Origin: Nitrosopumilus sp.
Lineage (GTDB): Archaea > Thermoproteota > Nitrososphaeria > Nitrososphaerales > Nitrosopumilaceae
Assembly: GCA_029862085.1 (NCBI GenBank)
Contig: JAOTXZ010000005.1
Span: 3,751 to 67,750, forward strand
Direction: 5' to 3'
Length of the DNA: 64,000 bases
In this document: positions 29,912 to 38,294 of the stretch, piece by piece
Position numbering within the stretch: the stretch's first letter is position 1
How the letters are laid out: the number at the start of each line of letters is the position of its first letter
Notes under the pieces: generated by a model
Database searches by the model: none
Told to the model about the DNA's origin: nothing
Seen by the model: only the letters and a program-made list of their open reading frames with translations
Program-made: the position numbers and the translations under genes

Positions 29912-29967
29912 CTCTTCCCAAAAGTAATTTTTCAACCTAATTACGGCATTGTAATTTTAGTTTGATG

Positions 29968-30084
29968 TCCTCCCACAAAAAATTATCAAATCTCATGAGG
30001 GGAATTGAATCAAAAACTTCCTTTTACTTTATCCCCCAAGAGTAAAACCCTCGAGGGGCATTTGCTAATTAGGGGGATGCCCCC
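29968..30084 (+). repeat. dispersed structured intergenic repeat, copy 2
   Basis: TTTTACTTTA-n6-AAGAGTAAAA (30022-47) then GGGGCAT-ttgCTAATTAGgggg-ATGCCCC (30055-83); aligns with 32092-32285. Confidence 0.8.
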
Positions 30085-30157
30085 AGATTTGAGGAATAGT
30101 GATGCGTGTGTGATTTTTTCATCATAACTAAAATAATCATAAACCATCTTTCAAAAT

Positions 30158-30502
30158 ATGGGATTCTTTGACGGTCTAAAAAAGAAAATAGAGTTAAAAC
30201 AGACACAAAGTGACCCAAAAACAATTCAAAAGGCTTTAGAAAAAATATCTAAACTTGAAAAGACGTTAGAACAAAATCCTAGAAGTTATGATTTGCTTTA
30301 TGATCTATATGGATGCTATATCGACGTATCTAATACAACAAAAAAGATTGAATGTTTAGAAAAAATGGCAGAGTTGAAACCAAACGATGCTTTTCCATTA
30401 GATCAACTTGCACAGTTATACTATAATGAATTAGAGAATCCTCAGAAAGGAAAATACTATCAAGAAAAAGCAAATAAAATCAATTCAAATAAATTTATGT
30501 AA
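30158..30502 (+). CDS. TPR-like protein
   Basis: LEQNPRSYDLLYDL...ELKPNDAFPLDQLAQLY helical repeats. Confidence 0.75.
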   Translation: MGFFDGLKKKIELKQTQSDPKTIQKALEKISKLEKTLEQNPRSYDLLYDLYGCYIDVSNTTKKIECLEKMAELKPNDAFPLDQLAQLYYNELENPQKGKYYQEKANKINSNKFM

Positions 30503-30588
30503 TCAAAAATAGAATCTCACTTTAACTCAAAAAATTGGTAACGAGTCAAGTTCTAAAGTAAAATTGATTTGGAGAAAGAAAATAAATT

Positions 30589-30969
30589 CTAGTTTTGTTC
30601 AATGATTTTTTTCATGTTTTCCATCATACTCTGAATTTCGTTTGTTCTTTCGTTGAATAATTCTTCACTAAAGTGGTCAGGTTTGAAAAAAGTTATTACA
30701 ACCTCAGAATAATCTCCACTACTTACTACTCTCATTGGCACATCCCATTTAGCTTCACTATCCACATATTGATGGTCTAATATCCCAAGTTGGCTGTTTT
30801 CATTAAATTTCAGTTTTGCAGGACCATAAGGACCAGTAAATGACCACCATCCCTCATTATCCTTTTTGGCATCTGGCATCATCTTTTTTGGAATGTGTAA
30901 AATCTCATCAAACACTTCGGCAGTTTTTCGATTTATCGGAATAGTAATTTTACGAGATCGCCTACTCAC
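30589..30969 (-). CDS. SRPBCC/polyketide-cyclase-like protein
   Basis: TIPINR...VFD, GILDH, VPMRVV, SEVVIT, C-terminal helix. Confidence 0.65.
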   Translation of the reverse strand: MSRRSRKITIPINRKTAEVFDEILHIPKKMMPDAKKDNEGWWSFTGPYGPAKLKFNENSQLGILDHQYVDSEAKWDVPMRVVSSGDYSEVVITFFKPDHFSEELFNERTNEIQSMMENMKKIIEQN

Positions 30970-31131
30970 GACATTAAAGACATTGCATAATTAAAAAGGA
31001 TTGAGTAGGACTTCTAAGTTATACTATGTTTAGGCTAGAAATGAAATTTTTTACAATTCAGACAATTAGGAATTAAAGACTGATCAAATTCATTTTTAAA
31101 ATCTGCAGCATCTATCCAACACAGTAAAGAA

Positions 31132-32025
31132 TTAACTACCAATATGCAATTTTGGCGATTTCAAAGCCAAATCAATTTCTTTGTGAACCCAATCCTGTGG
31201 AAATGAGGTTGATTTGGGAATGAAAAGGTCTATAGATTCAACTCCATCTGTTTCTCTCACAGCTGTGCTAATTTCATCTAGCTTGTAAATGTCATCGCTG
31301 TAAAAGAAAACAACAAACTGATTTTTTGAAAGCCATGATTTTTGTAAAATTGATTTGTGAAGATTTTTTTCTATAATGGATGCAGTTTGCTTTACATCTT
31401 TTTTAGCATTAACTAGAATTGCAAATGAAATATAATTTTGTAGTTTGGTAGGGTCAGACTCTAATGTAAAATGAATAATGTCGTTGTTTTGCAGTTTTTC
31501 AAGTGAACGTGAAGCAGTCTTTGCCGAAAAACCTGTTGCTTTTGCCAAATAATCCATTTTTGCTCGAGGTTCATTTAATAGAATTTTAAGAATTGTTAAA
31601 TCAGTTTTAGTGAGGACTTGGTTTATGTCAAAACTTGGAGCCTCAAAAATATTTAAGATTCTCACTTCATCTAATAGTTTTTTTGCAGTGTTTGTCACAT
31701 GTGAAATATCATCCTTAGTTAAAATGGCACAAATAGTATTTCCACCAACACATGAGACTGTCATATAGGGTGTACCAATAAGTTGTAATCTCTCCATGAT
31801 ATTTTTCGAATCATTTCCAATCGTTATAAAATAGACAATATTAAATCCAAAAACAAGTGGCTCTATACTTAATGAAAATCGTGTGATAATTCCATTATCA
31901 AACATATTTTTTATCTTAGAAGCTACAGCTACACTTGAAATTCCAAGTGTCTCAGAAATCTTCCTGTTTGAGGTTCTGCAATTATCTAGCAGTATTGAAA
32001 GGATTTGAATATCAGTTTTTTCCAT
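31132..32025 (-). CDS. tandem Lrp/AsnC-family transcriptional regulator
   Basis: Two TDxxIL..L...R.S/A HTH units, each followed by a RAM-like domain. Confidence 0.85.
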   Translation of the reverse strand: MEKTDIQILSILLDNCRTSNRKISETLGISSVAVASKIKNMFDNGIITRFSLSIEPLVFGFNIVYFITIGNDSKNIMERLQLIGTPYMTVSCVGGNTICAILTKDDISHVTNTAKKLLDEVRILNIFEAPSFDINQVLTKTDLTILKILLNEPRAKMDYLAKATGFSAKTASRSLEKLQNNDIIHFTLESDPTKLQNYISFAILVNAKKDVKQTASIIEKNLHKSILQKSWLSKNQFVVFFYSDDIYKLDEISTAVRETDGVESIDLFIPKSTSFPQDWVHKEIDLALKSPKLHIGS

Positions 32026-32091
32026 TATTGAAAATATCTACTTGAATCTTGTTTAAGAATTACCCTTCTTAGATGTTCTTTTAAATTTTCA

Positions 32092-32359
32092 TCCTTTCCA
32101 AAAAATAATTTCAAAATCCCTTAAGGGGAATTTACTAATTAGGAAGATACCCCCGTTGTGAATCGGTCATGGTCCGCTACTCTTATGGGAAATTATCTAT
32201 TTGATTTAACGCTCTTTCAATACCTTTTACTCTTCTGACAAAGAGTAAAACCATTGAGGAGGATTCGCTAAATAGAACGATCCCCAACGATTTTGTTCCT
32301 GAAAATGTGTAAACGAGTTTATCGACTGTCAGCAAAAATAGAAATCCCCCAATTTACGC
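32092..32359. repeat. dispersed structured intergenic repeat, copy 3 (composite)
   Basis: GGGG..CTAATTAG..CCCC unit at 32125-54; perfect TTTTACTCTT-n6-AAGAGTAAAA at 32225-50; second G/C unit to 32285; inverted 35-bp core at 32307-41. Confidence 0.8.
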
Positions 32360-32415
32360 TTAGAAATCTGACGCCCTCGTAATTCTTTAAAATAATCCAA
32401 AATCATAGAATAGCC

Positions 32416-32691
32416 ATGAAAATTCTTGTTGATGAAATGTATGATGGTCTTGATGATAAATTAAAAAAAGAAGGATTTGAAGAGGTTCAAAGCGTAAAAA
32501 AGCTAATCAATGAAGGAAAAAAACTGCAAAGCGATTTTTCAGTATTAAATTATGCACGAGATAATCAAATGATCCTAATTACTGCCGATGTTGAGAATCG
32601 AAAAGGATGTGAGGAAAACAACATGCCCTGTATTGCAATTGACAAAAACAGCGTAATTGAGTTTATTTTAAAGGAATTGAGTAAATACTAA
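32416..32691 (+). CDS. DUF5615 / Mut7-C PIN-like domain protein
   Basis: MKILVDEM, SDFSVLNYA, ILITAD acidic PIN motifs. Confidence 0.8.
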   Translation: MKILVDEMYDGLDDKLKKEGFEEVQSVKKLINEGKKLQSDFSVLNYARDNQMILITADVENRKGCEENNMPCIAIDKNSVIEFILKELSKY

Positions 32692-32773
32692 AATCAATAA
32701 AATGTATTTTATCTAAAAAAATTATTGGTATCTATTACAAAGATTTATGATCTCCTTATAATAATATGAAGAT

Positions 32774-33673
32774 ATGAGTGATGAAGATTCACAATATTGT
32801 AGAATTTGTGGAGATGCTGAATTTGATGAAGATGGCTATGAAACACATGATGATGAATATGATCACGAGTTTGAGCTGGAGGATGAAGAGGATGATTCCG
32901 TTACCGTAGATGATATTAAAGATGGATTGGATATTTTAGGAAAAGGACTAGACATTGCAAAAAAATACCAAGAAGTTTCAACCCCAAGACCGCCATTAAA
33001 TGAAAAACGTCCTCCACAAGAGCCTCGAATTATTTCTGATAATGAAGCAAAATTCATCGGATGGGATATTTTGAGAGGAAATAAGAGAAAACAAGAATCA
33101 ACACTAAAAGAAAATGATAAAAATGATTCAAAATCCTGGTTCAAAAAACATTATGTTGGCCTCATAGTGCTTTTTGTAGGTATAGCAGGTTCTGTAATTT
33201 TTGGAGCAATTTTTTCAGATGATATTGCAGAGTTGGTTAACGAACCAGAAATTATTTTAGAATTAAGATCAGACAAAGGAGAATTTATACTTGATACCTT
33301 TGATGTTGGGCATAAAAACAATGATAAAATTAGAATTGAATTATTCGTAAATATCATCAATATAGGAAAAAGTAATGCAAATAACGTTTGTATAAAATTA
33401 GCTGAAGTTCCACCAGCACCTGATTGGATTGATTTTCATAATGTTGAATTTTTAGGAGGCAGTGAGAATGTTCCCTCAAATGAAAAAGAAAGCAGAGTGT
33501 GTACAGCAGTAATTTTTCCAAATGATCAGGAATCATTGAAGTTTACATTTAGTATAATGCCCGAGGCTTATGCTGAATTGATATCTTTGGGAATTGAGCC
33601 CAAGATGGGATTTGAAATTGAATATGATGAAATTTCGGATGGTTTTCAAGAACTTTATCAGGTAATTCTTTAG
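32774..33673 (+). CDS. single-pass membrane protein of unknown function
   Basis: Acidic N-terminus with CRIC...H...H, one TM (YVGLIVLFVGIAGSVIFGAIF), beta-rich C-terminal domain. Confidence 0.7.
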   Translation: MSDEDSQYCRICGDAEFDEDGYETHDDEYDHEFELEDEEDDSVTVDDIKDGLDILGKGLDIAKKYQEVSTPRPPLNEKRPPQEPRIISDNEAKFIGWDILRGNKRKQESTLKENDKNDSKSWFKKHYVGLIVLFVGIAGSVIFGAIFSDDIAELVNEPEIILELRSDKGEFILDTFDVGHKNNDKIRIELFVNIINIGKSNANNVCIKLAEVPPAPDWIDFHNVEFLGGSENVPSNEKESRVCTAVIFPNDQESLKFTFSIMPEAYAELISLGIEPKMGFEIEYDEISDGFQELYQVIL

Positions 33674-33740
33674 GTGACCTCAATATTTTTTAAAAAATTA
33701 ACCTGCAACAGATTTAAAAAGATTAAAAGAATAAAGAACT

Positions 33741-33893
33741 ATGAACAAAAAAGACAAACCAGAAATTATCTATTATAGTATTTTTACAGGTTTAATGATT
33801 CTAGCAACCATCTTACTCCAGTATTTCCTGGGACAAGGCCAAACTGAGATATCCACTATTGCAAATTCTAGGGGAATATTTTTTCATTTTTAA
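33741..33893 (+). CDS. possible 50-aa single-TM micro-protein
   Basis: MNKKDKPEIIYYSIFTGLMILATILLQYFLGQGQ...; TTTAAA about 25 nt upstream; overlaps the cupin remnant. Confidence 0.4.
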   Translation: MNKKDKPEIIYYSIFTGLMILATILLQYFLGQGQTEISTIANSRGIFFHF

Positions 33894-34215
33894 ATTGAAA
33901 GTGAACTCCTACGGGAATTGTCAAGTAAATGCCAGGTTTAACATCGATTTCTTCCTCACTAATGTCATTATTTTTTATTATTTTTCTCCAAAATTTTCCT
34001 TCTCTATTTAAACAATACCACAATTCTTCAATTGTTTTGTGCTTTGAAGCTTTTGATATTTTTCTTGGAGGTAAAGTTACATGAGCAAACCCACCCTTTT
34101 CACCATCAAGAAATTTCCTAATAATTGAACAGTCAGGTGCGACATAATAATTAGATGGATCATCAATACTAATTTCACCAATATGTTTTGAAATGAAACC
34201 TGCGGTCTTTTTTTT
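33820..34215 (-). pseudogene. cupin (mannose-6-phosphate-isomerase-like) remnant
   Basis: APDCSII...GGFAHVTL...HKTIEELWYCL...LTIPVGVHFQF; no start codon in frame; premature TAG at 33868-70; PLEFAIVDISVWP continues in another frame. Confidence 0.7.
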
Positions 34216-34217
34216 TA

Positions 34218-34589
34218 TTATGGAGCTAAATAAATTAAAATTTGTTTTGCAGCAATGAGATTGTTTTCAATATCATATGCTAAACCATAAAGCATTGCCA
34301 TTGAGCCATTTGGAAAAGGAGTAACATTACTAATTGTGAGACTATGCTCAGAGGTAGATTCTACAGTGTTTGGAAAACAGCTAACGCATCCAATTTTGTA
34401 AAAAGTCGCATCATCATCAGCATCCCAAGTGATTTGAACAGTAGCTGTGCTATTGCTATAGTCTAAAACAGATGATTGAAGATTATCTAATGGTTCAGCA
34501 TATGCTATGCCTACCCCAAATACCAAAAGCGGAAGCAAGAAAACTAGGTTTCTCATCAGATCATAGGATTTTTTATTTTCTTTTAACAT
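34218..34589 (-). CDS. small secreted protein, fibronectin-III-like
   Basis: Signal peptide ending AYA; TVQITWD...YKIG...LTISNVTP. Confidence 0.65.
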   Translation of the reverse strand: MLKENKKSYDLMRNLVFLLPLLVFGVGIAYAEPLDNLQSSVLDYSNSTATVQITWDADDDATFYKIGCVSCFPNTVESTSEHSLTISNVTPFPNGSMAMLYGLAYDIENNLIAAKQILIYLAP

Positions 34590-34707
34590 TTACTATGTGA
34601 TTTTGGGGAGAGATACGCCTAAATCCGATAAAATTTTTCCAATTTTTTGTAATTCTATAGATAATACATTTGATCCCTTTATTTCTAAAAAAATTAATTT
34701 ATTATTC

Positions 34708-35457
34708 TTATGCTGTTTTTGAGTCTGAAAGATATAGAGGTTTTAAAATTCCAAGGATTTTATCAATAAATTCTCGGACTAGAGATAAAATGTTTGTAAA
34801 GTATCTTTTTGGGTTTTCATAATGAGCAGAATCCCAATAAACTTCTGGACCATTATCAGAGGCAAGTTTTACTCTTAAATGGTTTCGAGGTTTATCGTTT
34901 CCCTTCTGTCCAGCATTTTTTAAAAGAGAATCATAAGATTCTAAATTTTCTTGATTTCGAATTTCCCATAACCTACTGCTTGCGCGGTTCCAAAAATGTT
35001 GATATTTCACTTGGTCTCTATTTTCGTATTCAGCGTGAAACCCAATTACATCGTATCCATATAGGTTAAGACCATCATTGAATTCTTTATCAGTAATTAC
35101 TTTCTCTTCATGGATAGGTTTTTGAAAATATTTTTGAAATGCTTCGATTATTTCTTTTGCCTCGTTACTGTTTTTTTTCTCAAGGGATTCAACTATATCA
35201 GAGGGATTGATTTGATTTAGAGCCAATCCTAATTCAAGTTTTTTATTAATTTCTGCAAAGACCAAATCCAAAGCTCCATTTACATAAAATAAAAATCCAT
35301 CCATTGCAATTTCAGATGAGATTTTGTCTTTTGGAAAAATTTCCAATGGAATTGCAACCGGTATTTTTTCTAAATTTATTTCAGCATAAAATATCCTAAA
35401 CTGAATGGAATCAATTAGTGCAGTTCTTTCTTTATTTGTATTCAGGTCTGTTTCCAA
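34708..35457 (-). CDS. hypothetical protein, possibly HEPN-like helical domain
   Basis: DGFLFYVNGALD...INKKLELGL and LWEIRN, with no downstream His. Confidence 0.55.
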   Translation of the reverse strand: METDLNTNKERTALIDSIQFRIFYAEINLEKIPVAIPLEIFPKDKISSEIAMDGFLFYVNGALDLVFAEINKKLELGLALNQINPSDIVESLEKKNSNEAKEIIEAFQKYFQKPIHEEKVITDKEFNDGLNLYGYDVIGFHAEYENRDQVKYQHFWNRASSRLWEIRNQENLESYDSLLKNAGQKGNDKPRNHLRVKLASDNGPEVYWDSAHYENPKRYFTNILSLVREFIDKILGILKPLYLSDSKTA

Positions 35458-35644
35458 TGGGAGTTTTTACGAAAACTAGATTAAAATTAGTTTTGTTAAA
35501 ATTTTTCTCCTCCAAGTGTGGGTAGTATTTGCTTATTCATAATTATAGCATTACAATGAATTTTTGAAAAGTGTTTTAATGGTGTGATTTTTTGAAATTT
35601 CAAAAAATTGTTTATTTAAATAACAAAATCATGATGAAATAACA

Positions 35645-36301
35645 TTGGGGTTAAGAGATATCGGATTAAAAGAGGAATATCGCTCAGATAGAGAAGATAT
35701 TGTGGCTGAATTTTTCTTTCCTTGTCTTAGTCACTGTATAGAATACGATAGATGTGTGGATTTCTTGTCAGTTCAGACATTGGCTACTATTGCAATGGCT
35801 TTTGATAATTTTTCGTCAGGAAAAGCCAAACTACGAATGGTAACAGGTCATAGATTCAAAACCCAAGAACTTGGAATTTTGACCAGACTTTTTTCTGAAA
35901 AATATACCAAAAGATTTGACGGAAAACTAATCAAAGACTCAAAAATTCAAAAACTTCAAGACATTGTAAATACCGGACAAATTGAAATTAAAGTTGCAAT
36001 TCCAAGATCGGAACAAATTACAAATTCCTTTTCTGAAAGAATTGGGTTGTTTTTGGATGAGCATGACCAAATGGTTGCATTTACTGGAACATCAAAAGAA
36101 TCCTTTTCAATAGAATCTAGAGATTTTGAGTCAGTAGATGTTTTTACATCTTGGAACGATAAATCAAGAGTGGAAAGGAAAAGAAAAGATTTTGAAGAAT
36201 TGTGGGAAAACAAAACAAAGTATGTGGAAGTACATGATTTTATGTGGGCGGAGGAAAATAATTTGTTAAAGTTTTCATCCGAATGGGCTTTCAATATTTA
36301 A
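35645..36301 (+). CDS. stand-alone PLD-like domain related to the N-terminus of SF2 helicase/restriction proteins
   Basis: LKEEYRSDREDIVAEFFFPCL, YDRCVDF, IEIKVA, FESVDVFTSW, FEELW; HKD degenerate. Confidence 0.7.
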   Translation: MGLRDIGLKEEYRSDREDIVAEFFFPCLSHCIEYDRCVDFLSVQTLATIAMAFDNFSSGKAKLRMVTGHRFKTQELGILTRLFSEKYTKRFDGKLIKDSKIQKLQDIVNTGQIEIKVAIPRSEQITNSFSERIGLFLDEHDQMVAFTGTSKESFSIESRDFESVDVFTSWNDKSRVERKRKDFEELWENKTKYVEVHDFMWAEENNLLKFSSEWAFNI

Positions 36302-36861
36302 ATTTCAAAGGATTCCTCTAACCTAGATTTATTTTCATAAAAATTCATTCTATTAATTTTGTAATAGATTACCTCCCCTCTTCTTTCTATAACTGCAATA
36401 ATAGGTTCTTTTCCCATTTGAGTAATTTGTTCAATTTTTTTTTGGAGGTTTCCCATTTTTTCTTGTTGTCCCTCATTAAGACCAAAGATTAGAAATTTTG
36501 CACCCTTTTCACCAAAATGTCCCCTCTCGTAAACGCGAAAATCAGAACCAAAGCCAAATCCATCTTTTACAACATAGCCTCGATTTCTCAGATCTCTGTA
36601 AATTAAAAATTTTGTAAGAGATTCTGGATCCTGTTTCTGGCAAATAATCATCAAGTCATCAAATTCAATTTTTTTCTTATTTTTTTTTAGAATTAATTTA
36701 GCAGAATAAAGCAGGTACAAGGATTCAAAAAAATTTAGTGTTAATTGATTATTTTCAAGTTCTCCATATCCCTTGAGATCAAGTTCATGAATCATTTCTT
36801 TATTAGAAATCTTGGTTCGACCAGCAATCAATTCACCTTCAACTAGAGGAGTGTCATCCAT
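36298..36861 (-). CDS. endA: tRNA-intron endonuclease, catalytic subunit
   Basis: YRDLRNRGYVVKDGFGFGSDFRVYERG, terminal VIYY. Confidence 0.9.
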   Translation of the reverse strand: MDDTPLVEGELIAGRTKISNKEMIHELDLKGYGELENNQLTLNFFESLYLLYSAKLILKKNKKKIEFDDLMIICQKQDPESLTKFLIYRDLRNRGYVVKDGFGFGSDFRVYERGHFGEKGAKFLIFGLNEGQQEKMGNLQKKIEQITQMGKEPIIAVIERRGEVIYYKINRMNFYENKSRLEESFEI

Positions 36862-36968
36862 AATGAAACTAAATCCAAAAGATTTCCATATTTATGTTGA
36901 CAAAAATCAATTATTATTCAAATTTTTCTAGAGGGAAAATAATTCAGAATCAAGTAATTTCGGTAAAA

Positions 36969-37244
36969 TTATGCTATAATAATCTCAGTTTTGTAGGATT
37001 CTTGTGAGGACATACCTCCATTACCAGGGTCTATCTTTTGTTTTGGATTCAAGGATGTATCATGATGACAGGATTTGTGACAAACAGGGCAGAACTTTCT
37101 ATCCAGAGATATACACTGACATATGTGGTTTTTCACGTAAGATTGGGCTGCAATATTCCATTCTCCTGTCCCATTGCAGTAGACACATTCGTAAAATGAT
37201 GATTTACCAACCCCTTTACAAAAATCACAAATGTCATCTTTCAT
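36969..37244 (-). CDS. small zinc-finger protein (DnaJ-type CxxCxGxG plus Cys/His cluster)
   Basis: CDFCKGVG, CVYCNGTG, CQC...CPVCHKSCHH. Confidence 0.75.
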   Translation of the reverse strand: MKDDICDFCKGVGKSSFYECVYCNGTGEWNIAAQSYVKNHICQCISLDRKFCPVCHKSCHHDTSLNPKQKIDPGNGGMSSQESYKTEIIIA

Positions 37245-37391
37245 GTCTTCCTATCGCCCTTCCTACAATCCTTAGCTCATCAATATATTTGCAGAGATAA
37301 AAAGAGATTGGTTAAATCCTAATTTGGAAAAAATCTTTGGAATAATGGTTGTCTAACCGTTAAAATATGGGCATTTTTGTTTTAGGATATC

Positions 37392-37898
37392 ATGCATGGT
37401 GCTAATTATAGAGATGGAACTGGACAACCATTTACTCGAAAAAAATACATCAAAGGTAAGCCACAAATAAAAATTGCAAAATTTCAGGGTGGAAAAAAAG
37501 CAAATTATGAATATTGTGTACAACTACTCATGAATGAAAAAGTCCAGATTAGACACATGGCAATCGAAGCATGTAGATTATCAGCAAACAAAACCTTAGA
37601 AAAAACTACCGGAGAATCTGGATATTATTCTAGATTACGGATTTATCCGCACAACCTTCTTAGAGAAAATAAAATGATTGCAGCTGCTGGTGCAGATAGA
37701 CTTCAGGAGGGCATGAGAAGAGCATGGGGAAAAGCTGTGAGTCTCGGAGCTAGAGTGCGGCAAGGACAATGCATAATGGAATTATATGTTAATGGTCCTC
37801 ATGTAGAGGCTGCAAAAAAAGCACTGAAAGGTGCATGTGTCAAATTACCTGGAACACCAACTATTAAAATAATTGAATATGGAAAACCATCACCATAG
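37392..37898 (+). CDS. rpl10e: 50S ribosomal protein uL16 (L10e)
   Basis: QIRHMAIEACR, RIYPHNLLRENK, AGADRLQEGMRRAWGK. Confidence 0.96.
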   Translation: MHGANYRDGTGQPFTRKKYIKGKPQIKIAKFQGGKKANYEYCVQLLMNEKVQIRHMAIEACRLSANKTLEKTTGESGYYSRLRIYPHNLLRENKMIAAAGADRLQEGMRRAWGKAVSLGARVRQGQCIMELYVNGPHVEAAKKALKGACVKLPGTPTIKIIEYGKPSP

Positions 37899-38153
37899 AT
37901 TTTCAAAATTAGATTTCTTACTCTTTACAAATTCTACAAATTCGCAAAATTCTTCCGCTGTTGGTTCCCGATTTAGAATTCTTTTTGATTGATAGTAAAA
38001 GGAATTATAAATTCTTCCAACAATGATTCCGAGTACAAATGATCTTGAATCATCCATGCTTGAAAGGGATTGAAAAAGTTGTTTTATTTCATTTTTGTTG
38101 GAAATAGTTTCTTGAATTTTTTCTTCAATTTTATTTTTTAAAATTTTGTCCAC
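37890..38153 (-). CDS. hypothetical protein
   Basis: 87-aa helical ORF (GIIVGRIYNSFYYQ...REPT). Confidence 0.7.
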   Translation of the reverse strand: MDKILKNKIEEKIQETISNKNEIKQLFQSLSSMDDSRSFVLGIIVGRIYNSFYYQSKRILNREPTAEEFCEFVEFVKSKKSNFENLW

Positions 38154-38216
38154 TGTTTGTATTGTATGAAATAGTTAAAAACAGTTTAATAGCCAAATCC
38201 GTTTCTCATGATTGTT

Positions 38217-38293
38217 GCAGTTATAGTACAGTCTGGTTAGTACTCGTGCTTGCCAAGTACGTGACCCGGGTTCAAATCCCGGTAACTGCACCA
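38217..38293 (+). tRNA. tRNA-Gly (GCC), CCA encoded
   Basis: GCAGTTA/TAACTGC acceptor stem; CGTGC-TT-GCC-AA-GTACG anticodon arm; ends ACCA. Confidence 0.95.
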
Positions 38294-38294
38294 C

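Noticed and set aside
719..32341. Inverted 35-bp pair as the ends of one 31.6-kb transposon or invertible segment
   Set aside because: The interval is mostly housekeeping genes, with no transposase or recombinase and no target-site duplication seen; kept only as dispersed repeats
29968..32359. Repeats as a CRISPR array or ORB replication-origin boxes
   Set aside because: No regular repeat-spacer period, no cas genes, no TCCA..GAAA ORB core, and no adjacent cdc6
28543..38281. Shared CGGGTTCAAATCCCG in both tRNAs as attL/attR of an integrated element
   Set aside because: Both copies are T-arms of complete, different tRNAs, and core genes (endA, rpl10e) lie between them
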